In this document: positions 56,471 through 64,000 of the stretch, in pieces
Position numbering within the stretch: the first letter of the stretch is position 1
Layout: every line of letters begins with the position of its first letter
DNA from: SAR86 cluster bacterium SAR86E
GTDB taxonomy: Bacteria > Pseudomonadota > Gammaproteobacteria > Magnimaribacterales > D2472
Direction: 5' to 3'
Length of the DNA stretch: 64,000 bases
Assembly: GCA_000307935.1 (NCBI GenBank)
Contig: AMWX01000001.1
Span: forward strand, 163,388-227,387
Program-made: the position numbers and the translations under genes
The notes under the pieces: model-generated
What the model was told of the DNA's origin: nothing
What the model saw: only the letters and a program-made list of their open reading frames with translations
Databases searched by the model: none

Positions 56471-57466
56471 ATGAATAATAAAAAAAGATATCCCATGCCA
56501 ATTCCATTTGGTTGGTATGTAGTTGATTATGCTGCTGACCTCAAGCCTGGTGAAGTAAAATCAGTACGCTATTTTGGTCAAGATCAAGTTTTATTTAGAA
56601 CAACTAATGGTGAAGTCAGCATGCTTGACGCCTATTGTCCTCATCTTGGAGCTCATCTTGGTCATGGGGGTCTAGTTAATGGAGAATGCATTGAGTGCCC
56701 TTTTCATGCATGGAGATGGAAAGCTGATGGCAAGATAGGAGAAATACCCTACGCAAAAAATATTCCTCAAAAAGCTAAAGATACTCAGATTTTTAAATAT
56801 CCAACCTTAGAAAGAAATAACTTAATTTATGCTTGGTACCATCCCAATGGAGATCAGCCGCATTATGATGTGGAAACCTACCCAGAGATCAGTGATCCAG
56901 AATGGGGAGATGAATTCGAAAAATATGAATATGAAATTAAATGTCATATTCAAGATATGGCAGAAAATGCAGTCGATGCTGCTCATTTTATGTATGTTCA
57001 CGGGGTTGTATCCTATCCAGAATTTGAAGTCAGATACGATAAGCAAAAGAGATTCTTTTCACAACAAGCCAATATGGAAACCCCACGGGGAGTTGTTAAA
57101 GGAAAGATTTCAGGAGCCTCAAATGGCCCTGGTGATAATTTTACGAAGTTTGAAGGTATATGCGATACCCTTCTCTTGGGTTCAACCACTCCCACAGAGA
57201 ACGAAGAGGTCATCACTAGATTTTCATTCCTTCAAAAAAAGGTTAATGGTGAGGTACCGACAGGCGGAGTTGGCGCAGCAATAATTGCTGATATTAATAA
57301 ACAAGTTAAAGAAGATATTCCTGTTTGGGAAAATAAAAAATATGCATCTAAACCTGTATTGTGTGACTCTGATGGGCCGATTGCAAAATTCAGAAAACAT
57401 TTTGCAACTTTTTACACTGAATATAATGAAGCAGATGCAATTGAAGCTTTAAAAATCGACCAATGA
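56471..57466 (+). CDS. Rieske [2Fe-2S] non-haem iron oxygenase, KshA-like
   Basis: 331 aa with Rieske motif CPHLGAHLGHGG...CPFHAWRW and mononuclear iron motif ENAVDAAHFMYVHG. Confidence 0.85.
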   Translation: MNNKKRYPMPIPFGWYVVDYAADLKPGEVKSVRYFGQDQVLFRTTNGEVSMLDAYCPHLGAHLGHGGLVNGECIECPFHAWRWKADGKIGEIPYAKNIPQKAKDTQIFKYPTLERNNLIYAWYHPNGDQPHYDVETYPEISDPEWGDEFEKYEYEIKCHIQDMAENAVDAAHFMYVHGVVSYPEFEVRYDKQKRFFSQQANMETPRGVVKGKISGASNGPGDNFTKFEGICDTLLLGSTTPTENEEVITRFSFLQKKVNGEVPTGGVGAAIIADINKQVKEDIPVWENKKYASKPVLCDSDGPIAKFRKHFATFYTEYNEADAIEALKIDQ

Positions 57467-57906
57467 TCAATCTTTACCATAATGAAAATTTAAAATGGAA
57501 GCGTTTTCAAGGAGGCAATGATTTTGATTATCCTATAGATTATTCAGCAGCTTTATTAAATGCAAACGAAGATGGTCATGTAGATATTCTTTATAGGTGG
57601 GAGGCAGATTGTTACTGCCATTTTCATAGACATACAGCTGAAGTTTCATCAACAGTTCTTGAGGGAGAGCTTCATGTCATTGATATTGATCTGGCTTCAG
57701 GAGAAGAGATTGGAACTAAAATCAGAAAAGCCGGTGATTATGCACATAAAGAACCGGGAGATGTGCACATGGAAAAAGCAGGGCCCGATGGAGCTTTGGT
57801 GCTATTTAATTTATATGCACCCCAAGGAGTCTTGGCTGAGTCTTTAAATAAGGATGGTGCTGTAATTGGCAAAGCAACTTTGGATCAATTATTAAAAAAA
57901 ACATAA
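57463..57906 (+). CDS. Cupin-fold protein (ChrR-like cupin)
   Basis: 147 aa with His-rich CHFHRHTAEV...GDVHME. The start overlaps the Rieske gene stop by 4 nt. Confidence 0.5.
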   Translation: MINLYHNENLKWKRFQGGNDFDYPIDYSAALLNANEDGHVDILYRWEADCYCHFHRHTAEVSSTVLEGELHVIDIDLASGEEIGTKIRKAGDYAHKEPGDVHMEKAGPDGALVLFNLYAPQGVLAESLNKDGAVIGKATLDQLLKKT

Positions 57907-57911
57907 AAAGG

Positions 57912-58403
57912 TTATTTGTTTAAAATAAATAAAAGATTTTCTTTCAAACTTGCAGATACAAGTCCAACTCCTTCAAGCATTATCTTTGGTGTCTCTTCAA
58001 TTCTCCCTATCTCTATTTTGTCTTTGTAAAAGATGATTGTAGGTGTTTTTTTAACATTTAATATTTTTCCTCTATTTAGAGGCTCGTTTTTATTATAATC
58101 TAGGCCAATTAAAGAGATCATTTCAGATTTGAGATTTATATCTTCGAGCATTCTTAATAGCTTTGGAACTTCTCTTTGACTGTCATGACACCAAGTGCCA
58201 AATAAAATTTCAACACTAATTCCATCTAAATCAAGAATGCTATCAAAATAATAAGGCTTAGCAGAAAGATAATTTTTATAAAATTGATTATCCTTTAGAA
58301 ATAATTCATCTTTTGAAAGATCGCCAATTAATGGCAGGTTACTAGATGAAAAAACTGGAATGCTTATTAAAAGGACTAGAGGTAAATAGATAAGTCTTTT
58401 CAA
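57912..58403 (-). CDS. Periplasmic thioredoxin-fold protein (CxxS-type)
   Basis: 163 aa with TTG start, a signal peptide and FGTWCHDSQREVP (single Cys, WCxxS). Confidence 0.5.
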   Translation of the reverse strand: MKRLIYLPLVLLISIPVFSSSNLPLIGDLSKDELFLKDNQFYKNYLSAKPYYFDSILDLDGISVEILFGTWCHDSQREVPKLLRMLEDINLKSEMISLIGLDYNKNEPLNRGKILNVKKTPTIIFYKDKIEIGRIEETPKIMLEGVGLVSASLKENLLFILNK

Positions 58404-58415
58404 AACAAATTATCT

Positions 58416-58586
58416 CTAAGATTCAAGGAGCTCAAAATCGAATTTGCTCACTCCGCAATCAGGGCATGTCCAATCATCGGGTATATCCTCCCACAAAGTG
58501 CCAGGAGCCAGACCATCATCAGGGTCACCTAGTTCCTCATCGTAAATATATCCACAAATTACACATTCATATTTTCTATAGGTCAT
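58416..58586 (-). CDS. Rubredoxin
   Basis: 56-aa ORF, below the track's length cut-off: [56 protein letters not shown]. Both CxxCG knuckles and the aromatic core are present. The ATG lies 2 nt after the upstream MFS stop. Confidence 0.85.
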   Translation of the reverse strand: MTYRKYECVICGYIYDEELGDPDDGLAPGTLWEDIPDDWTCPDCGVSKFDFELLES

Positions 58587-58588
58587 AT

Positions 58589-59929
58589 CTATTTCTGCAA
58601 GGTTGATTTTATTTTTGCATGATCTTCTCTTGTTAGAGAGTGAGAAAAAAGCAAATAAGCAGCTATAGAATAACTAATAATAGGTACAAATGTATAGATA
58701 TAAAAAATAGCCATTTTTGAAGAATCAGTATTTTGAACGCCAATACTGATATCGAACCCCCACAACATTTCTAGCACAACGTATGGAATAACAGCAGCAA
58801 GTGCAAAACCGACCTTTGTCATGGTTGTTAGATAGGAAAAGACAGTTCCAGAAATATTTTGACCACTCTCTAGATTTAATTTATCTGAAATATCAGCAGT
58901 AATTGCATTAATCAACGGTAAGGGCCCAGAAAAAGCGAAACCATAAAGGATGATAAATGAACCAACAGCAATTAATTTAGAGAAATCATCAAAATCTTTG
59001 ATAAACCAGTAGCCAGTAAATCCAAGCAATAAAACTATAATTGCGTATAAACAGGCTATGCCAGCAGCATAATGTTTTGATGTTTTTAGACCAAGAGTTC
59101 TCCACACCCATAAACCTAGAACACTTACAACATAGTATGCGAGCATGAGTCTAGATGAGTACTCAGGCAGTTCAATAACTACCTCCATCCAAATTAAATA
59201 CAAAGCTCCGTTTAAACTCATGCAAAAAGCAATTAACACGGATGCAAATACAATTTTATTCAGCATTTTATTACTGAAGAGGTTTCTAAATGCCTTAAAA
59301 GGATTATCAGATTTAATGATTGAGCTTGGTTGATACGAATCAGGCACTTGGACCAATGCATTAAAAGTTATCAAAGGGATGCAAATTAAAACAAAAACGC
59401 CAATTGCATTAACTTTTGCTTGAAGTGAGGGATCATTAATTTCTACAATGGCTGGTATAGCAATAACTGAAAACATTCCCAACAGAGACATGAGCTCTCT
59501 TAATGTTAAAAGCTTTGTCCGATCATCATAATTTGGAGCAAGAAATGAGGACCAAGATAACTGAGTGATACTACTTAAAGTGAAAGCTACATAGATAAAA
59601 AATAGGCCGGTAAAAAAATATAGAATAGAAGCTTGTTCAATCGATGGCAAAAAGATTAAGTATATTGCAATCATAAAAACTGGAGTTGATAGAAAAATCC
59701 ATAATTTATGTTTGCCCCATCTTGAGGGAAATCTATCAATTAAAACTCCCATAATGGGATCAGTAAGAATGTCTATGAAGCGACCAAGAAAAAAAATTAT
59801 CCCAACAACCGATAACCCTAAACCGAGATCATCTGCGTAAAAAGGCAGAATAAAAATAAACATTGGCATGCCTGCTGCCGACGTTGGAAAATTAAGAGCT
59901 GTGTAGGATAGACGTTGAAAAATATTCAT
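58589..59929 (-). CDS. MFS/GPH-family (MelB-like) transporter
   Basis: 446 aa with about 12 TM segments and [18 protein letters not shown], typical of glycoside-pentoside-hexuronide symporters. Confidence 0.8.
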   Translation of the reverse strand: MNIFQRLSYTALNFPTSAAGMPMFIFILPFYADDLGLGLSVVGIIFFLGRFIDILTDPIMGVLIDRFPSRWGKHKLWIFLSTPVFMIAIYLIFLPSIEQASILYFFTGLFFIYVAFTLSSITQLSWSSFLAPNYDDRTKLLTLRELMSLLGMFSVIAIPAIVEINDPSLQAKVNAIGVFVLICIPLITFNALVQVPDSYQPSSIIKSDNPFKAFRNLFSNKMLNKIVFASVLIAFCMSLNGALYLIWMEVVIELPEYSSRLMLAYYVVSVLGLWVWRTLGLKTSKHYAAGIACLYAIIVLLLGFTGYWFIKDFDDFSKLIAVGSFIILYGFAFSGPLPLINAITADISDKLNLESGQNISGTVFSYLTTMTKVGFALAAVIPYVVLEMLWGFDISIGVQNTDSSKMAIFYIYTFVPIISYSIAAYLLFSHSLTREDHAKIKSTLQK

Positions 59930-60088
59930 ATGGTGAATTAAACACTTTCAGATATTTTCAAAAAGATGAAATTATCTTTGCGTCATACCCTTAATGTTAA
60001 GTTTAGATTATCAATATAAGATTTTTTACTGGCTTGGTAAAGAAAACTATTCGAATGAAAAATTATTTCTCAAGTATAATGTTGCAGT

Positions 60089-60165
60089 GCGCCCGTAGCT
60101 CAGCTGGATAGAGTACTTGGCTACGAACCAAGGGGTCGGGAGTTCGAATCTCTCCGGGTGCGCCA
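60089..60165 (+). tRNA. tRNA-Arg (anticodon ACG)
   Basis: A 77-nt cloverleaf folded by hand. Acceptor GCGCCCG/CGGGTGC, D arm GCTC-AGCTGGATA-GAGT, anticodon arm CTTGG-CTACGAA-CCAAG, T arm GGGAG-TTCGAAT-CTCTC, with encoded CCA. Close to E. coli tRNA-Arg(ACG). TATAAT at 60075-60080. Confidence 0.9.
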
Positions 60166-60166
60166 A

Positions 60167-61615
60167 TTATTTTTCAGGATTATAAAATTTTAAAGTTGAA
60201 TCTTTAATAGAAAAAACTCTTACCAAAAAAATATCTTTTAAATAATTTTGATAGTTTCTCCATGGAGACTTTTTCCCTTGCTTTGGAAGACGATCTAGCG
60301 CTCTTTGAACATAGCCCGATGTAAAATCAATATACTCATCGTCAACTATCGCAGAAGGATCCTCATTAGGTACACATGCAGTAACACCTTGAGCATCCAT
60401 TTGATTCAGTAACCGACACACATATTCACAAGTTAAGTCTGCTCTAAGAGTCCATGAAGCATTCACATAACCAAATGAAAAAGCAAGATTGGGTACACCA
60501 CTTAGCATCATGCCTTTGTAAGAAAGCTTATTATGAGCATGAACTTGCTCATTATCCACAAATACGTTTACCCCGCATAATGCATTTAATTCAATACCGG
60601 TAGCTGTAACAATAATGTCTGCATCGATATGATCGCCTGATTTTAATAATATCCCCTCTTCTGTGAATCTATCTATTGAATCTGTAACAACTGAAGCTTT
60701 ATCTTCATTGATAGAGTTAAATAGATCGCTATCAGGAACAAGGCACATTCTTTGATCCCATGGATTATATGTGGGAGTAAAATGTTTATCGACATCATAA
60801 TCATTGCCAAGCTCGTCTTTCACAAGGCTAATTAGTCTGTCTTTTACCTTTTCGGGATATTTACGCGCTAGAAAAAAGCCGAGACTTGTGCGTAAGATAT
60901 TTTTCCATCTAATTAAGAAATAAATAATTTTTGTAGGAAAAACTTTTCTTAAAGCATTGCTCCAAGAATCTTCTCCAGGAGCTGAAATAACATAACTAGG
61001 AGATCTTTGTAACATGGTTACATGGCTGGCTTTGTCAGCCATGGCAGGAACCAATGTAACAGCTGTTGCCCCGCTTCCAATAACAATTATTTTTTTATTT
61101 GTATAGTCTAATGAAACATCCCAAAATTGAGGATGAATAATGGGTCCCTTAAATAATTCTTGGTTAGAAAAGTGAGGCATATAGGGTTTATCGTAGCTAT
61201 AGTAACCCCCGCACATAAAAAGGAAATTACAAGACATTGAAATCTCTGCACCATTGTTGCTCACAGCAAGTTCCCAAATTGATTTTTCAGAAATCCAATT
61301 AGCTGAAATAACCTTTTGATTAAAAATAATTTTTTTTCTTAAATCATACTCATCAACGGTTTCATTTAGGTATTCAAGAATGGATGGTCCATCTGCAATA
61401 GACTTTTTATGAATCCATGGCTTAAATCTGAAACCTAAAGTATGCATATCTGAGTCTGATCGAATTCCTGGATATTTAAATAAGTTCCATGTGCCGCCCA
61501 AAGAATCCCTGCCCTCCAAGATTGCAAAAGACTTATTTGGGCAGCTTTTTTGAAGATTGTAACCAGCCGCTATTCCTGAAATTCCTGCTCCAACAACAAT
61601 AATATCTTTATGCAT
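60167..61615 (-). CDS. Type I Baeyer-Villiger (flavin-containing) monooxygenase
   Basis: 482 aa with VVGAGISGIAAG, the BVMO fingerprint FKGPIIHPQFWD (FxGxxxHxxxW[P/D]) and VIGSGATAV. Confidence 0.85.
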   Translation of the reverse strand: MHKDIIVVGAGISGIAAGYNLQKSCPNKSFAILEGRDSLGGTWNLFKYPGIRSDSDMHTLGFRFKPWIHKKSIADGPSILEYLNETVDEYDLRKKIIFNQKVISANWISEKSIWELAVSNNGAEISMSCNFLFMCGGYYSYDKPYMPHFSNQELFKGPIIHPQFWDVSLDYTNKKIIVIGSGATAVTLVPAMADKASHVTMLQRSPSYVISAPGEDSWSNALRKVFPTKIIYFLIRWKNILRTSLGFFLARKYPEKVKDRLISLVKDELGNDYDVDKHFTPTYNPWDQRMCLVPDSDLFNSINEDKASVVTDSIDRFTEEGILLKSGDHIDADIIVTATGIELNALCGVNVFVDNEQVHAHNKLSYKGMMLSGVPNLAFSFGYVNASWTLRADLTCEYVCRLLNQMDAQGVTACVPNEDPSAIVDDEYIDFTSGYVQRALDRLPKQGKKSPWRNYQNYLKDIFLVRVFSIKDSTLKFYNPEK

Positions 61616-61629
61616 ATAAAATCCTAAGC

Positions 61630-63264
61630 TTAAGGTCGAGAAGCATCTCGAATGGCTCTAAATTCATTTCCTTCATACCAGTTAGGCCATTGTGAGCCAT
61701 TTGCTAGATCTTTACTAACGTTAAAAATAACATCTATCGATTGATTAAGGCCTTCAAGGTCCCAAGACGAATCATATTCATCAGAAACGCCATGATATGA
61801 ATCTAAGCGATATTGCTCTTCCAACAAAAATCCAGCCTCTTTACCGCCTTCAACAAGATCGAAGCCTCCGTCAGCATAGAGCATTGGGACACCTCTTTTA
61901 GCTAAACTGATGTGATCAGAGCGGTAGAAATATCCCTTTTCAGGATTTGGATCAGGATTAATATACCTTCCATTCTTTTGCAATTCCTCATCAAGCAAAT
62001 CCTCAAGCTCAGACGCTCCATAACCTACTACAACCATATCATTTGTTAAACCTGTGGGTAAAATACCGTCATAATTAAATCCAGCAACAATATTAGATAA
62101 TTTTATAGGTGGATATTTAGCAAAATACTCTGACCCAAGAAGACCTGATTCTTCCAGGGTAACAGTTAAAAATAAAATTGATCTATCGGTTTGGACTGCA
62201 GAGAATCTCTTTGCAAATTCAAGCACTGCTGCTACTCCGGTTGCATTATCAACTGCGCCATTAACGATATTATCTTCAGCTGGATCTGCTAAATCCATTT
62301 TCCCTAAATGATCCCAGTGAGCCATGAACAATAGATACTCATCAGGCCTCTTTATGCCTTTTTTAATGGCGGCAATATTGTGAGACTGCAAATATCTAAC
62401 TCTGTTATGAAGTTCTGAATTCAATGTTAGTCCGCGTAAAGGAAAGGCTGAAAAAGTTTTCTCTAATGCTATTTCTTTAAGCGCAGCATAGTCAAAACCA
62501 GTGAAATTAAGAACATCATTTAAAATGGTATCTCTGATCCATCCTTCAAGAATGACTCTGTCAGCTCCTAAATCATCTCTTTGCAAATCCAGCTGAGGTC
62601 CCTGCCAGCTATTCTCAACAACACTCCATGGATATGCAGCTGGTTCCTCATCATGAACAATAATTGCAGCAGCGGCACCCTGCCTCGCAGCTTCTTCAAA
62701 TTTATATGTCCATCGACCATAATAAGTCATTGATTTACCATTGAAAAGTCTCAGTTTTCCAGTTGCAAATCCTGGATCATTTATAAGAATTACTACGGTT
62801 TTTCCTGTGACATCAATTCCTTCGTAATCATTCCAGCCATACTCAGGCGCAACAATTCCATAACCAACAAATACAACTTCACTGTCTCGAATCTTTCTGT
62901 AATCTCTTGCTTGCTTAGTCCAGAAGACAACCTCTTCTCCAGCAATCATTTTTCTATCATTACCCCTAAAAGACAATGTTAAATAGGAGTCATCTTTCAA
63001 TGTAATTTCAGATGCAGGAACCTCTAAAAAATAGTCATCACCAACAGGATCAAGGTTTAAGTTTCTAAAATTTTGCGATATAAAATTTTTTGTTAATTTC
63101 CCTCCTTCAGTTCCTGGAGCTCTACCCTCAAACTCATCTGAGGATAATGTTGATATCCAATACCGTAATCTTTCATCGGTAGTATCACCAATATTCTTTG
63201 AGCAACCTGTATATAGAAATAGGCAAATCAAGCATGGGACAGTCAGCAATTTAATATTTTTCAT
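61630..63264 (-). CDS. M28-family aminopeptidase lipoprotein with PA domain
   Basis: 544 aa with lipobox LYTGC, HWDHLG and NGAVDNATG. Confidence 0.8.
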   Translation of the reverse strand: MKNIKLLTVPCLICLFLYTGCSKNIGDTTDERLRYWISTLSSDEFEGRAPGTEGGKLTKNFISQNFRNLNLDPVGDDYFLEVPASEITLKDDSYLTLSFRGNDRKMIAGEEVVFWTKQARDYRKIRDSEVVFVGYGIVAPEYGWNDYEGIDVTGKTVVILINDPGFATGKLRLFNGKSMTYYGRWTYKFEEAARQGAAAAIIVHDEEPAAYPWSVVENSWQGPQLDLQRDDLGADRVILEGWIRDTILNDVLNFTGFDYAALKEIALEKTFSAFPLRGLTLNSELHNRVRYLQSHNIAAIKKGIKRPDEYLLFMAHWDHLGKMDLADPAEDNIVNGAVDNATGVAAVLEFAKRFSAVQTDRSILFLTVTLEESGLLGSEYFAKYPPIKLSNIVAGFNYDGILPTGLTNDMVVVGYGASELEDLLDEELQKNGRYINPDPNPEKGYFYRSDHISLAKRGVPMLYADGGFDLVEGGKEAGFLLEEQYRLDSYHGVSDEYDSSWDLEGLNQSIDVIFNVSKDLANGSQWPNWYEGNEFRAIRDASRP

Positions 63265-63328
63265 GTCTTGTATATATTCATAACACTAAAGTATAAAATA
63301 CATTTACAAACCATTGGGGCACTTATTT

Positions 63329-64000
63329 ATGAAAAATTTTTTAAGATTTATCACCTTTAACTTAGCATTAGTATTTACTGTGTCAGCTTCTATGCTGAAT
63401 GATTTACCAGAGATTAAATATGATTCATTTACGTTGGAAAATGGTTTAACTGTAATTGTTCATGAGGACCGAAAAGTTCCAATGGTGGCAGTCAATGTTT
63501 GGTATCACGTTGGGTCAAAAAATGAAAATGAAGGAAAAACTGGATTTGCACATTTATTTGAGCATCTTATGTTCAATGGAACAGAAAATTATAACAATGA
63601 ATACTTTGAGCCTTTTGAAAAAATAGGTTCCACCGATCAAAATGGAACCACCAACTCAGATCGTACAAACTATTTTCAGAATGTTCCAACCAATGCGCTT
63701 GATTTGGCTCTTTGGATGGAATCTGACCGAATGGGTCATCTTTTAGGTGTTGTTGATCAAGAGAAGCTTGATGAGCAAAGAGGCGTTGTTCAAAATGAAA
63801 AAAGGCAGGGAGAAAACCAGCCATATGGTAAAGCATTTACTAGAATAAGTAAGTCGGCATTTCCAGAAGGACATCCCTACTCATGGTCAGTCATTGGATC
63901 AATGGAAGATTTAGATGCTGCATCGCTTGAGGATGTTCAAGAGTGGTTTAAAACATACTATGGTCCGAATAATGCAGTGCTGGCATTAGCTGGTGATATA
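63329..64000 (+). CDS. M16 (pitrilysin) family zinc peptidase, C-terminus cut by the window edge
   Basis: Not in the ORF track. ATG at 63329 opens a frame to the window end (224 codons). MKNFLRFITFNLALVFTVSAS is a signal peptide. It has the inverted zinc motif GFAHLFEHLMFNGT (HxxEH). Confidence 0.85.
   Translation, partial: MKNFLRFITFNLALVFTVSASMLNDLPEIKYDSFTLENGLTVIVHEDRKVPMVAVNVWYHVGSKNENEGKTGFAHLFEHLMFNGTENYNNEYFEPFEKIGSTDQNGTTNSDRTNYFQNVPTNALDLALWMESDRMGHLLGVVDQEKLDEQRGVVQNEKRQGENQPYGKAFTRISKSAFPEGHPYSWSVIGSMEDLDAASLEDVQEWFKTYYGPNNAVLALAGDI

Noticed and set aside
56829-57284. 151-aa plus-strand alternate-frame ORF within the Rieske oxygenase gene (also 56822-57046 and 57013-57216 on the minus strand).
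   Set aside because: The Rieske frame carries all the conserved motifs. The overlapping frames show none.
35933-61615. Impression that the catabolic block is more GC-rich than the housekeeping left half, as evidence of horizontal transfer.
   Set aside because: I cannot compute windowed GC here. The difference is uneven: the fbiC region looks as AT-rich as the core. Conserved enzymes are expected to be GC-enriched in AT-rich genomes, so this is left as something to compute.
63573-63836. 87-aa minus-strand ORF.
   Set aside because: It lies antisense within the window-truncated M16 peptidase gene (63329..64000, HxxEH motif), which explains the region better.
1-64000. Scan for CRISPR arrays, transposases, integrases, phage genes, toxin-antitoxin pairs and known defence-system genes.
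   Set aside because: Nothing of the kind was recognised. The only tandem repeat is the coding 24-mer in rne, and non-coding space is too small to hide arrays or large ncRNAs.

Overview
This is a very AT-rich, extremely compact chromosomal segment with about 70 CDS and one tRNA. I found no rRNA, CRISPR array, transposase, integrase or phage genes. Many genes overlap or abut, and several convergent gene pairs overlap with no room for a terminator.

The housekeeping synteny is gammaproteobacterial: rluC<>rne, rpmF-fabD-fabG-acpP-fabF-mltG-tmk-holB, mrp<>metG, nhaB, dusA, mlaA, rnt, grxD and pdxJ. The composition and compaction suggest a streamlined marine lineage. 'SAR86-like' is only a guess and cannot be verified here.

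Left to right:
- **1-5.7 kb:** a surface-protein trio (secreted protein, cadherin-like lipoprotein, beta-barrel OMP) behind a peroxiredoxin and a dehydrogenase.
- **5.8-11.5 kb:** a his operon led by a TrpR/YerC-like gene and containing an in-frame HisD-IGPD fusion.
- **11.5-35.9 kb:** core genes.
- **35.9-61.6 kb:** a block dominated by redox and catabolic enzymes. It holds a steroid-type set: a KstD-like flavoprotein, a ketosteroid-isomerase homologue with its catalytic triad, SDRs, an IpdC-like NMO, a KshA-like Rieske oxygenase and a BVMO. It also holds a sulfotransferase operon and an unannotated rubredoxin.
- **40.8-48.3 kb (inside that block):** a complete coenzyme F420 biosynthesis operon (fno-cofE-cofD-cofC-fbiC), translationally coupled to a DUF1295 reductase-like membrane protein and a secreted M20D amidohydrolase.

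The F420 operon, its two extra cistrons and the surrounding steroid-like island are my best candidates for something new. All functional calls rest on motifs I recognised by eye in the supplied translations. No database search was possible.
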